IMG/VR virus record: IMGVR_UViG_3300024999_000080
Span: 1-64,000 of that record
Strand: one strand, 5' to 3'
DNA from: a virus
Length of the DNA stretch: 64,000 bases
The notes below the pieces were generated by a model, which worked only from the letters and a program-made list of their open reading frames with translations, ran no database searches and was not told the DNA's origin. The position numbers and the translations under genes were made by a program. Below, in pieces: positions 33,253 through 44,000 of this stretch. Every line of letters begins with the position of its first letter. The first letter of the stretch is position 1.

Positions 33253-34035
33253 ATGTTAAACAAATTCTTTACTAAAAACACCAATACCGAGGAAAATACC
33301 AAAAAAGATTTCAAAAAATTAGCTAACTATGTAATTCATGCCAAAGGTCATAGGACGATCAATGGATTTGCAGCAGATATGAAAACCGACTCTGAATATC
33401 TAACTCTTGTTGTTAATGCAAGAATAAACTCTTATCCAGATATAAAATTTCTTAAAACCATCGCTGACAATTCTGATGGTAGAGTATCTTTAAAGGATTT
33501 AACATTGGCGTGTGGGTATTCAAATTACACAAATAATGATATGGAACAGATAAAAAATATTGAAGTCAGAAGAGGAACTTTTTGCTATGTTAGTTTGGGT
33601 GATGTCATAGATTCAGAGTATGGGGGAAATCGATTATGTTTAGTTATACAAAATGATGTAGGGAATCACTTCTCAAGCACTTCAATTATTTTACCTCTCA
33701 CTAGTAGAAAACGTAGTAAGCTTCCCACCCACGTTGAAGTTGGGCCTAAAAATTGCGGATTGCCCCAAGAATCAATTATTAGTTGTGAGCAAATTCGTTG
33801 TGTATCAAAAAGGAGACTTAGCCAAAACGGGATAGTTCAGAAGGTTTCAGAATGCCCTTCAGAAATTATGTTATTGGTTGAGGTTGCCATGCTGAAGGCA
33901 CAAGGGGTTATTCATCTTAAAATGAATGAACAAGAAGCAGTTCAATATCTAATGAATATGAACAAGCAAAAAACATATCAGTATCAAAATAATTATAATC
34001 GTAGTGCAAGTCAGCAGGTTGCCTTTGCACGATAA
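33253..34035 (+). CDS. Xre-HTH-MazF/PemK fusion protein
   Basis: N-terminal RTINGFAADM...YPDIKFLKTIA...LTLACGY (HTH-like); C-terminal RRG..., SEYGGNRLCLVIQNDVGN, PLTS, KLPTHV, CEQIRCVSKRRL. Confidence 0.85.
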   Translation: MLNKFFTKNTNTEENTKKDFKKLANYVIHAKGHRTINGFAADMKTDSEYLTLVVNARINSYPDIKFLKTIADNSDGRVSLKDLTLACGYSNYTNNDMEQIKNIEVRRGTFCYVSLGDVIDSEYGGNRLCLVIQNDVGNHFSSTSIILPLTSRKRSKLPTHVEVGPKNCGLPQESIISCEQIRCVSKRRLSQNGIVQKVSECPSEIMLLVEVAMLKAQGVIHLKMNEQEAVQYLMNMNKQKTYQYQNNYNRSASQQVAFAR

Positions 34036-34059
34036 AAGAAAGGAAGATTAAATAATTAA

Positions 34060-34683
34060 ATGAGTTTTATTGAAAATGTTTCAAATTATTCTGCTAGGTG
34101 GTTGGCATCAAAAGTACCTAATGATAAATATCCTACAGTAGAAGATCAAATTGAGGTTTTTACCTATGGTTTTATGGTTATATGGGGATTTATATTTAAG
34201 ATCATATTGATGGTATCATTAGCATATATCTTTAATATTATAATCCCTATTATAATATTAACATTGACTTTCAGTAGTTTAAGAATTATCGCAGGAGGAT
34301 ACCATTTAAAGACCTATAATCGCTGTATGATTATTAGTGCTTTGCAATTCATTGTATCAGCATTAATAATCAAACACACATATCAATATTGGCCTATCCA
34401 AAACATCTATTCTCTGCTATTCTTTTGTGTATTAACGACACTATATATAATCTTCAGATATATTCCAAGAGACACACCCAACAAACCCATTATAGACCCT
34501 TTACAGATTAAAAAGTTTAAACGATGGTCATTATACTACCTTATCGCATGGACAGTTGTAATGACCATCTTCCTACTGTTTAATGTACATATAATTGTAA
34601 TTGCAAGTTGTTTTGGGTTATTGTTGGAGCTTTTTAGTGTGGGTAGAATAGGGCAATCGATATACTCTAAGCTAGATTCATAA
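34060..34683 (+). CDS. agrB: Accessory gene regulator B (AIP-processing membrane peptidase)
   Basis: EVFTYG, LRIIAGGYHLKTYNRC (catalytic H/C), PRDTPNKPI. Confidence 0.92.
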   Translation: MSFIENVSNYSARWLASKVPNDKYPTVEDQIEVFTYGFMVIWGFIFKIILMVSLAYIFNIIIPIIILTLTFSSLRIIAGGYHLKTYNRCMIISALQFIVSALIIKHTYQYWPIQNIYSLLFFCVLTTLYIIFRYIPRDTPNKPIIDPLQIKKFKRWSLYYLIAWTVVMTIFLLFNVHIIVIASCFGLLLELFSVGRIGQSIYSKLDS

Positions 34684-34783
34684 TTAAGTTTACTTATATC
34701 ATTAAAAGGAGGTGATGTTTTATGTGAATTTAATAATATCAATAAAAAAATAATATTTAAATAGAAAGGACATTTATTGCAAA

Positions 34784-35512
34784 TTGGAAACATATAAAGA
34801 TTTAACTGGATTAGTATTTAATAATTGGACTGTTCTAGAATTATCGAACAGAACAAATAAGAAAGATGATAGATATTGGAAATGCCGTTGTAATTGCGAA
34901 TATAAAACAATTAAACATGTAGCAGAAAGGGCATTGTCTTTTGGCACATCAAGAAGTTGTGGTTGTTTACTAGGAAAAATACCATCTAAAAAAATTGCAA
35001 AGGTTAAACCTGATAAAATATTAAAACCTCCAAAAGACAAAATAGTTAAACCTAAAATCGTAAAACCTTTAAAAATTCTAAAGAAAAGAATTTATAAAGT
35101 AAAAATATCTGATAGTAAAGAAATTAAAATATCATACAACAAAAGAATAATGAGCATTTATAGCGGAATGAAACAAAGATGCTATAACCCTAAAGCTAAA
35201 GGTTTTAAATATTATGGGGGCAAAGGAGTTGTTATTTGTGATGAGTGGTTAAATGATAGAAAGTTATTTTATAATTGGGCAATAAACAATGGATATTCTG
35301 ATGAATTAACTATTGACAGAATAGAAAATGATGGGAATTATGAACCAGACAATTGCAGGTGGACTACTTGGGAAGAGCAAGCCAATAATAAATCTAATAC
35401 TGTATATTATAGATATGAAGGAGAAATTAAATCTTCATTGGATTGGTGCAAAGAAACTTGGTTAACTTTTGAAACTTTAAAGAACATATTTGATATACAT
35501 ATCCTGCATTAA
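34784..35512 (+). CDS. HNH homing endonuclease
   Basis: WKCRCNC, SCGC, MKQRCYNP, YGGKG, LTIDRIENDGNYEPDNCRW. Confidence 0.88.
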   Translation: METYKDLTGLVFNNWTVLELSNRTNKKDDRYWKCRCNCEYKTIKHVAERALSFGTSRSCGCLLGKIPSKKIAKVKPDKILKPPKDKIVKPKIVKPLKILKKRIYKVKISDSKEIKISYNKRIMSIYSGMKQRCYNPKAKGFKYYGGKGVVICDEWLNDRKLFYNWAINNGYSDELTIDRIENDGNYEPDNCRWTTWEEQANNKSNTVYYRYEGEIKSSLDWCKETWLTFETLKNIFDIHILH

Positions 35513-35538
35513 GAATAGGCGAACAATTTAGCACAAAA

Positions 35539-35555
35539 TGTCGAACATATGTACT
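35539..35555. promoter_or_regulatory. Overlapping Spo0A box (TGTCGAA) and LexA-like box (CGAAC-ATAT-GTACT)
   Basis: Matches TGNCGAA exactly and GAAC-N4-GTTC with one mismatch. Confidence 0.35.
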
Positions 35556-35685
35556 ATTTTTGTTATGATGTTTCTTGTATAGTAATTTTCCCTATGATAT
35601 AATATTATTAAGGAGGTATTAAGAGAGTCGAGGTGTTATTTGTAGAAATTACCATAAATTAAAATTAAAGGAGAAGTGAATTATA

Positions 35686-36042
35686 TTGAATTATTGTAAT
35701 ACTTCTAATGAACAATCCATATGGGTAATTAAAGACCAAGACGGTAACTTCGCTCACAGGAATAGCATTGGCAAGTCTGGAAAGAATACTTACCTATACA
35801 TATCTTTTAAAACATTTTCTCCTGAATGTAAGGGATATATAGATAAAGAAAGTGCTGAATCCGCTTTACTTGAGTTAAATAAAAGAAAGCATATCATGGG
35901 ATTGCACAATTCTTTTAATTTAGAATATAATATCTTAAGCGAAATGACTAAACTGCACAGGGAATTTCAAGGTGAGAACATGGTTTTATACGAGATGGCA
36001 AAATCTGATTGTTCAGATTTCCCAATATCAAAAGCGATGTAA
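35686..36042 (+). CDS. Hypothetical protein
   Basis: RBS AAGGAG, TTG start; followed by hairpin 36062-36098. Confidence 0.6.
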   Translation: MNYCNTSNEQSIWVIKDQDGNFAHRNSIGKSGKNTYLYISFKTFSPECKGYIDKESAESALLELNKRKHIMGLHNSFNLEYNILSEMTKLHREFQGENMVLYEMAKSDCSDFPISKAM

Positions 36043-36118
36043 TTATGCACATATAATTATAATGAACTGCACTGGTCGCGTCGATAGGTGTGGTTCATAT
36101 AAAAATAAGTATAATTTC

Positions 36119-36147
36119 TTGACATTAGAGTAATAATTGTATATAAT
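36119..36147 (+). promoter_or_regulatory. Perfect sigmaA promoter for the DGQHR/recombinase-like operon
   Basis: TTGACA-N17-TATAAT. Confidence 0.85.
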
Positions 36148-36185
36148 GATGTTAATATTATTTTAATGTGAAGGGGTGATATTTA

Positions 36186-37544
36186 ATGCTTAAAGAAAAA
36201 TCAGTTGAATTGATCCAAGAATTAAATCCATTAATCGTTAAATATTCTAGCAATGACAAAGTAAGGAAAATAATTTTAGATGAGTTCTCTAAGAGGAATA
36301 TGAGTGGTCGTTTAGCACTTTCTATCCTTAATGAGAAAAGGGCATTATCAACATTAGACATTGATGAAGGTAAAGATTTAGTATTATTATTTGTTTTTAC
36401 AAATGCAATGTATGATGCATTAAATTTTAAAACAGATGATGATTCTCCAATTTTAGGAGATATCGATGAAGTATTAAGTATTGTTCCAAGCAATTTCTTT
36501 AATGAAATAGAAATGCAGAATATGGAAAATTATAAAGAGGAGAAAAGAGTAGAGACGAAAAAGCAATATGTGTTTCATAATATGCTTCGTGCGGCTGATG
36601 GGCATTATAAAGGTTTAGATCATGCTAAACATCTTGCAGAAATATATGCAGAAAATGAAATTATTTATAATTTTAAGAATCAACGTGATCCGCATATTGA
36701 TATTTATGGAGAAAAGAGAATTCAACTTGATAAAAACAAAGTAGAACGAATAATGAATAGACTGCTTGAAGGAATTCAATTTTCAGATGATATCAAATTA
36801 AATATACTTCATGATGGTGAAGATGAATTATATTTTAATGAAAAAACTGGAGATTTAACCTATATTTCTGGAAGTATTAATATATTTGATGGTTATCATA
36901 GACTCATAGCTAATTCTTTAGCTATCGCAAAAAATGCAGAATTAGAGTTTAACTGGGGGTTAGTAATTACTAATTTCAGTGAGAATAAAACATTAGAATT
37001 TATGACCCAAGTTAATGAGCAAAAACCCATGAAAAAAGAGCATATAAAGAACCTAGATTCTTCAAGATTGGGAAATGTTGTAGTAGATGCAATTAGAGAC
37101 ATTGGTACTAGTGAATTTGGTCAGAATATTAAAGAATCAGATGCAGAATTGAAGTTTTCTGGTATGACAAAAAAGTCTACTTTAGCTATTAGTATAGAAG
37201 AATGTTATAAGGAAAAACTAACCAATAGACTTCAAGCAAAGCCCATAGCAAAGCATATTGCTAACGTTATGGACTATATCATTGGATTGAATGTTGAAGA
37301 GTTTATAGAGCGTCCTGACGCTTCTCAGACATATATCAACCACAAGAATATGTTCTCTGGATATGTTGCTTTATCAGAAAGATTATATGATGTAAAGAAT
37401 TGGGAAGACTTATTAGAAGAAATTCTTAATCAAATTGATTTCAGTGTTAAAAATCCTTTCTGGAAAGATATTGGAATATCAGATTCCGATATGAAAAAAT
37501 CTACCAGAAATAACCTATATAAATTCTTTCAGAAATTAGTTTGA
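36186..37544 (+). CDS. DGQHR/DndB (ParB-Srx-like) domain protein, SPbeta YopQ-like
   Basis: NQRD, INIFDGYHRL, QVNEQKPM; position upstream of a recombinase-fold gene. Confidence 0.6.
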   Translation: MLKEKSVELIQELNPLIVKYSSNDKVRKIILDEFSKRNMSGRLALSILNEKRALSTLDIDEGKDLVLLFVFTNAMYDALNFKTDDDSPILGDIDEVLSIVPSNFFNEIEMQNMENYKEEKRVETKKQYVFHNMLRAADGHYKGLDHAKHLAEIYAENEIIYNFKNQRDPHIDIYGEKRIQLDKNKVERIMNRLLEGIQFSDDIKLNILHDGEDELYFNEKTGDLTYISGSINIFDGYHRLIANSLAIAKNAELEFNWGLVITNFSENKTLEFMTQVNEQKPMKKEHIKNLDSSRLGNVVVDAIRDIGTSEFGQNIKESDAELKFSGMTKKSTLAISIEECYKEKLTNRLQAKPIAKHIANVMDYIIGLNVEEFIERPDASQTYINHKNMFSGYVALSERLYDVKNWEDLLEEILNQIDFSVKNPFWKDIGISDSDMKKSTRNNLYKFFQKLV

Positions 37545-37572
37545 TTAATATATTTAATAAGGGGTGTTTAAT

Positions 37573-38619
37573 ATGTCCATCAATGAAGTTAACGAAGAAT
37601 TGCAAGATGAAGAGGTAGTATTTGAGGTTGATTCAGAAGTTAAAAAGGAGTTTCTAGAAAATCAATTAAAATCTACTAGAAGTTTCTACACTTATGTCCT
37701 CAAAAGAGCAGATGAATTTGAAACACAGGTTGGCAAGAAAATTTATGACTTCAATATTGAAGATCGTGATGAAATGCTAACTGTTCAATTCAAGAATAAG
37801 AACAAATGGACGTTTCAATCTGCTTTATCTCCTTTAAAAACTTATGTTGACTTCTGTATATCTAAAAGTTTAGTTAGACATAATGAGAACAGATTTATGA
37901 CCATTCTTCCTGCTGATTATAAGGATTATATTAATGACCAAGCACAATGTAATTCTTATATTCCTTTATCTAAATCTAGAGAACTTCAAAAAAGGTTGAA
38001 AAATGATCAAGATAAATTGATTATAGAGTTATCTAGTTTGTCTGTCAGAGGAAGAACTGAAAAGGGGAATACTCTTGAAGAACTCGTAAATTTAAAGGTT
38101 AAAGATATTAAATGGAAGACTAAAGAATTATATCTTACTAAAAACAATGGTGAACAAAGATATATTGAAACTGATGATTACACATTAGGTTTACTCAAAC
38201 GAGTTATAAATCAAACTTTCTATGTCTCTAATAATGGGTTAAAATCTAAGAAAAATGAGGATGGTATTTATGAAGAGACTAATAGAGGTAGGGCTATAAG
38301 TCCGACTGAATATGTATTTAGAGTTCCCGGAAAGAACAGATTAGGTAAAGTAGATTATCAATTTTTCACTAGCAGAATTCAAAGGATGCAAGGTTGGTTA
38401 GAAGCTCCTTATTTGACTAGTTCGAATTTATACTTCTCAGCGATTTTAGACTATGCAAAAGAGAAGATGGATGAAAAAAAGGCAAAAGGAGAAAAATGTG
38501 AATTAACCAGAGAAGACTATATTCAAATTAATGAGCGATTTGAGTTTGGTGAAAATGGAGAAAAATATGTATTCAAAACCAGAGATTTAGTTAAAATGTA
38601 TTTTGGTAATGGAGAGTAA
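37573..38619 (+). CDS. Tyrosine-recombinase-fold protein with degenerate catalytic box II; YopR/MrpR-like master repressor candidate
   Basis: SAM-like N-terminus (LKTYVDFC); RG....LEELVNLKVKDI box I; TSSNLYFS replaces HxLRH. Confidence 0.65.
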   Translation: MSINEVNEELQDEEVVFEVDSEVKKEFLENQLKSTRSFYTYVLKRADEFETQVGKKIYDFNIEDRDEMLTVQFKNKNKWTFQSALSPLKTYVDFCISKSLVRHNENRFMTILPADYKDYINDQAQCNSYIPLSKSRELQKRLKNDQDKLIIELSSLSVRGRTEKGNTLEELVNLKVKDIKWKTKELYLTKNNGEQRYIETDDYTLGLLKRVINQTFYVSNNGLKSKKNEDGIYEETNRGRAISPTEYVFRVPGKNRLGKVDYQFFTSRIQRMQGWLEAPYLTSSNLYFSAILDYAKEKMDEKKAKGEKCELTREDYIQINERFEFGENGEKYVFKTRDLVKMYFGNGE

Positions 38620-38624
38620 ATATT

Positions 38625-39029
38625 ATGAAAAATACACTTTTAGAAATGTGGAAAAAATACAATTTACTTCTCTCTTTTAAAAATGAGATGAATAAACGCG
38701 GATATCCATCAAAGAGTCTGTATAGTATTGAAACACAAATGAGTGTTTTGATGCTATTGATTGAAATCGAAAGTATAAATGTTTTAGAAACCTTACTAAA
38801 AGGCAAAACTTATTTCAGATTATTAAAGAAAATTAACAGGGGATTTGAGTATTTATATGAAATTGTAGAATCTCCAGAGGACTGGGTATTAAACAAAATT
38901 GAAAATGATGTTGATGCATGGATTGATTCAAATGTATTAATTTTTACATGCAAAAGTTCTACTGCTGTATTTAGTAAGATATCACGCAAAAGTGATGGAG
39001 CAAAATATATTGATGGAAAATTTCAATAG
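38625..39029 (+). CDS. Hypothetical protein
   Basis: ORF in an operon with the recombinase-like gene. Confidence 0.6.
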   Translation: MKNTLLEMWKKYNLLLSFKNEMNKRGYPSKSLYSIETQMSVLMLLIEIESINVLETLLKGKTYFRLLKKINRGFEYLYEIVESPEDWVLNKIENDVDAWIDSNVLIFTCKSSTAVFSKISRKSDGAKYIDGKFQ

Positions 39030-39041
39030 GAGGTGTGCTTT

Positions 39042-39449
39042 ATGAATGTAGGGGAAAAAATTAGTCTATACAAAGAAAGATTAAATTTTAGAGATTATCA
39101 AGAATTTGGCAGGGCAGTTGGTATCAGTGGCAATTGGATAAATGAAACATCTAAGAAATCAGAAATTAAACAAATCAACGATTTGGGTTATTTAGTTAAA
39201 TTATGTGGATTTTTAGGCATCACGATAGATGAATTTTTAAGAGATGACATAATTGAAACAGATGAATCAATTGAACTTAATATTATTGATGCAAATACGG
39301 AAGATATTGGCATTTTGCTCAATAATATGATATTATTACTAGGGAAGCAGGGTATAAAAATAGATGGAGCGTTAATGAATGATAAAAGCAAAGAGATTTG
39401 TATAGATAGTCTTGCGGTAGTAAAAACACTAGTTAAACAGCATTTATAA
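39042..39449 (+). CDS. Xre-family HTH regulator
   Basis: VGEKISLYKERL...QEFGRAVGIS...LVKLCGFLGITIDEFL. Confidence 0.75.
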   Translation: MNVGEKISLYKERLNFRDYQEFGRAVGISGNWINETSKKSEIKQINDLGYLVKLCGFLGITIDEFLRDDIIETDESIELNIIDANTEDIGILLNNMILLLGKQGIKIDGALMNDKSKEICIDSLAVVKTLVKQHL

Positions 39450-39465
39450 ATGGAGGTTAATAATT

Positions 39466-40326
39466 ATGGTTCGAAAGAATTATAGGTCTGTAGACACCTA
39501 TGAGATGGATGATATAGAAGTTTACTCACTAGTCAAAAATGGCAGTCTAAGAGCATTCCCTTCGGGGTTTTGGGAGGGAGTTGCAGGTCTTCAAACTGCT
39601 AAGAAAATTCTAAAATATGTTTTCGAAAATCTTTTAAATTGGTCTATTGAAGATATCAAGGCTAAAACCACTAGAGAGTTGTTTGAAGAATATAAATTAG
39701 TTGGAATGGTTAGCACTACATTCGATGGTAGCATGTATATCGCCATTGGCGAAACTTATCCTGAACTTAAAGAATGGGCAGATGAATTATATCAAACAAA
39801 TGAACATGCTGATTTTGTTCATAGGAGATATTCAGATGATGAATTAATTGGGATTATTCAAGAAAAAGCAGAAGATTTAAAGAGAATTCCAAAAGGTGTT
39901 GACATGAAAGCACCTAGTAGTGGAATTTATAATCGGAGATTTGGTTCATGGGAGAAATCTTTGATCAAGGCAGGTTTAATCAAAGATATCTATAAAAACG
40001 TTGATTTTGAAAAACATTCGAAGGAATCAGTAATTTCTAATTTAAAAGAATTATTTGCAAGTAAAGAAAGAGTATTAGACAAGAAAGAAATACTTTCTAT
40101 TTATCCAGAAGGATTAATCAAAGAATATTTTGGAACTTATAATAACCTTGAGAAAGTTATTGTAAGTGAGTATACTAAAAAGGATCTTATCAAAATATTA
40201 AAAAAGAAGAAAGAAAAATTAGGTAGAATTCCAAACAACAAAGATATGAAGTTTCCAATGGCTATTGTGTTTATAGATAAGTTTGGATCTTGGCAGGAGG
40301 CGATAGATAAATTGGAGAAAACTTAA
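39466..40326 (+). CDS. DUF4046-like protein with homing-endonuclease-associated repeats
   Basis: FPSGFW; repeated L.RIP...DMK.P......FGSW motif. Confidence 0.6.
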   Translation: MVRKNYRSVDTYEMDDIEVYSLVKNGSLRAFPSGFWEGVAGLQTAKKILKYVFENLLNWSIEDIKAKTTRELFEEYKLVGMVSTTFDGSMYIAIGETYPELKEWADELYQTNEHADFVHRRYSDDELIGIIQEKAEDLKRIPKGVDMKAPSSGIYNRRFGSWEKSLIKAGLIKDIYKNVDFEKHSKESVISNLKELFASKERVLDKKEILSIYPEGLIKEYFGTYNNLEKVIVSEYTKKDLIKILKKKKEKLGRIPNNKDMKFPMAIVFIDKFGSWQEAIDKLEKT

Positions 40327-40421
40327 ACTATTTATTAAATTATTGAGGTATAATTTTATATCTCAATAGTACATAAAATTATATGATTAATCAAAATATA
40401 ATAAGAAAGTGAGTTAAGTGA

Positions 40422-41030
40422 ATGAGGAGAAATCCACTAAAGCATACTAAATTATTCGTCACCTTGATTAGTGTGTTTATTCTCGCAAGCAGTGTAAACG
40501 GAAATAATATTATAAAAGAAGATATAATTAATATCAAATCTATTAATGCTAATTTAGGAAGTGATGTAAATGCAAATATATTAGAACAACTTAGAAAGCA
40601 ATACATAATAGTTAAGACTGAGCCAATTATACCAAAGTCAATTATCCCAATTCAAATTAAACCGAAAGAAAACCCAATCTTCGTTATAACCGCATACGAT
40701 TTATCTATTAATTCTTGTAGTAAATCTAGAGGTGATGTTGGATTCGGCATTACTAAAAATGGAACAAGCTTAAAGAATAAAACATGGCCTAGCACTAAAG
40801 TAATATCTGTCGATCCAAGAATAATTCCTTTAAATGTAAAAGTTAAATTGACATTTATAGATGCAAAACATAAAAAATACTCGGGGAATTATAAAACCGT
40901 GGACACGGGTTCAGGAATAATCGGCAATAGGGTAGATATATTCTTGGGAGATTTTCATAGCAATAGAGCAAGTAAAGAAGCAATTAATTTTGGAATTGGG
41001 TATGCAACTGTAACAATCTTAGAGGATTAA
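40422..41030 (+). CDS. Secreted 3D-domain (MltA-like) peptidoglycan protein
   Basis: Signal-like N-terminus; ITAY, ISVDPRIIPL, DTGSGIIGNRVDIF. Confidence 0.85.
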   Translation: MRRNPLKHTKLFVTLISVFILASSVNGNNIIKEDIINIKSINANLGSDVNANILEQLRKQYIIVKTEPIIPKSIIPIQIKPKENPIFVITAYDLSINSCSKSRGDVGFGITKNGTSLKNKTWPSTKVISVDPRIIPLNVKVKLTFIDAKHKKYSGNYKTVDTGSGIIGNRVDIFLGDFHSNRASKEAINFGIGYATVTILED

Positions 41031-41079
41031 TCATATTGTGAACAAATTAGTAAATATAAATATAAATTAAAGAGGAGAT

Positions 41080-44000
41080 GTGTTATTTATGATTAGAAGA
41101 CCTGCAAAAGAAACCTTTATTAACGATATCTGGTGTGCGATTCCTTACAAAAATAATAAGGATAAAATTAGGATTACTAAAGAACTAGAAGCAAATAGAC
41201 ATCGGAGAGGCATTAAATTTATTGAAGATGATGAACGTGGAAATATAATTTATTCTCATAAAATGGAGCAAGGTGCATTTCATTGATACATAAATCTAAA
41301 AATATTTTTAAATAAATCTTACCAAGACCCCCATAATTTACAATTCCCATTCGTATAATCTTATAAGGATTAAATAAAATTATAAAGAAAAGAGTGAAGA
41401 GTAATATGAGAATTACCAAAAGTGTAGAAGTTACAAAAAATGAACAATTTCTAGTAGGTTCTCTTTGTAATAAATGTGGTGAAGTGTTTGAACCGCATGA
41501 TGATAAAATACAATCATTTAATTTACAACTTGGGTATCACAATTGGCAATATGAACTCTGTGACGATTGTATTGTAGATATGGTTAGAAGTTTTCTTATA
41601 GTCCCATCTGGCTTTATGAGCGATCCTAATTTTACTTCTTCATTCGATATTGACCATGAATTACACCAAAATTTGTTTGACGAGTGGAAACTATCAGGCA
41701 AATGGAATTGTGATGAAAATCCTTGGAGAGACTTCTATAGTGAAGATAATTCAGATCAAGAATTTGAATCTTATGAGGAATATTATGAAGAAATTTCTAA
41801 TGCAATAGAAGTACGCAAACCATTACGTATCAACGTTGTAAGGTTGGCAACTATTCATAAAATTGGACTTGTAAAGGAAAGGGGCAATAAAATTAAATGA
41901 AAAAGCAAAATGAAGATAAATACTTACCATATACAAAGAAAGATTTTAGAAAATATTGGTGTGATCCTGAATCTAGTTTTCTAAAGATGCAAACCTTCGA
42001 AATTATTAGACCCCTTACTGAAAAGGAGAAATCTGATTGGACAAAAGGTGAAGGCTATGATTACAATGAGGAAATGTATTTAATTAGAAATAATAATGGC
42101 GAGGAGCGTGAAGTCTTTGATGTCGAAATTCTTATTGAATATGAAATAGACTCTGAGACATGGAGATGTTGTATAAGTAATTTGCTAGAAAGTATGGAAT
42201 ACGATGATGAGGTTATTATGGAATTTATAAAAGAATGTAAAATAGAACAGTATATTAAAAAACATTGTTAGAAAGGAGTTGATGGGTTAAATATGATTTT
42301 GAGCAATGAAGAATTAATCAAACTTAAAGTATTGATATTGGCAGATTTAGATGAAGAAGATAATTATAATTGTATGAAATGTACTCCTGAAAATCCTTGT
42401 TGTAATTTAATTAGCATATGTAATAAATATGGAACATTCAATTTTATTGATGGTGCAAAGGATATGGTTAGAGATTTACTTGATACCATTGAAAGTTTGA
42501 AAGATGATTTATTTAATGCAAGCATAATTGACAATTGTATAAATTGTGAAAGAAGTAATAGAACATTAGAGAGATGTATTTTAGAAGGGGATGAGGAATT
42601 GGAATGCCTTTCAGATAATTATAATTGGCATATTAGAAGGAAATAAGCAAAGTAATTACTATATGAAAGGATGAGAAAATATTGTATAAAAAATTATTAG
42701 ACAAAGGATTTAAACCTTACTATTATACCAATGATGATTTCCTAACCTCTACATCGTGCAAAAGTAGATTATTTTATAGTCTAAAAGTTAATAACGAAGA
42801 TTTACAAAACTCTATATTAAATGTGCTAAACAAATATAATGATTATTTCTCTATTTTATTAGAGCAAGATTTAGTATCTTGGATTGAAACTGATGAATAT
42901 TTAGAATCATTTTGGTGGTATTTTTATAATACAGATAAAGATAATATTGAAATATCTTCAGAAGAAATGAAGAAAATACTAGAAGTTTTACCTAACAAAT
43001 TTATTTTCGAACATAAAGATTGGTAAATAAAATCTATGTTTGATTCTAAGTTAGAAGAAAGGAGAAAATTATGATTTGGTTCCCTTGGGGAATGGTATGT
43101 GGAATATTATTGTCTGTAGTATCATTTAGTAGGTATTTATACAAATACAAATTAGATTTATTATTAAAGGCTTCTAATGGAGATTTAGAAGAAATATTAA
43201 ATCATGTAGTAAGATTAAGATTGGAGGATCAATAAAATTGGAACTAAAAAATTACTCTGAAGAATGTTTAAAATGCAAATGTAGAACTTGTAAATCAACA
43301 TATGATAGATCAGATATGTATGCCACTTGCTTTACATGGTGTGAAGAACATTGTAAAGGAGAAGATCCTATTGATTTTAGAGAAGATATAAATAAGGAAT
43401 GTCATACTCCAATCATTGATGATAAAAATATAATGATAACCGTAGAAGAATATAAAACTCTAAAAGAAAAGGCAAGTATGTATGATGATTTGTGTAAGTA
43501 GGAAGGAGTAGCTTATGAAAATGAATTTTTCCATAAACATTGACAATAGTGATATAGACTATGTTGAATCTGAGATAATTAAAGAGTCAGCAAGACAGGT
43601 GATTAATGAAGTTTTATCAAATAGATATGAACATCATGGAAGAACCTTTAAAGATAAATTGAAAGAAGAAATTAAAACTATGTTGACCGACATAATGGAT
43701 ACTGATTTTAAAAATGAAGTTAAGAACGCTTTAGTATTAGATTTAGAGAAAAAATATATAAGAACAAAACAATACAAAGAAGTTAAAGAGCAGTTTGAAA
43801 TATTATCTGAAACTGAAACAAAAGCAGGTTTGAAAGATTTTATAAGTGACATTGTTAAAACTGAAATTAGAACTAAGTTTAAATAAAATACAGATTTCGA
43901 GTTAAGTAAAATAAAATTTAGGAGGAAAACAAATATGAATAATAAAGAATTTGACATTAATTACATGATAGGTGATAATCTTATTAATTTTCAAATCGGT

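Noticed and set aside
36186-37544. Dnd phosphorothioation system
   Set aside because: Only a DGQHR-like domain; no dndACDE nearby
37573-38619. Active phage integrase
   Set aside because: HxxR box not recognisable; context fits a repressor; no att site seen
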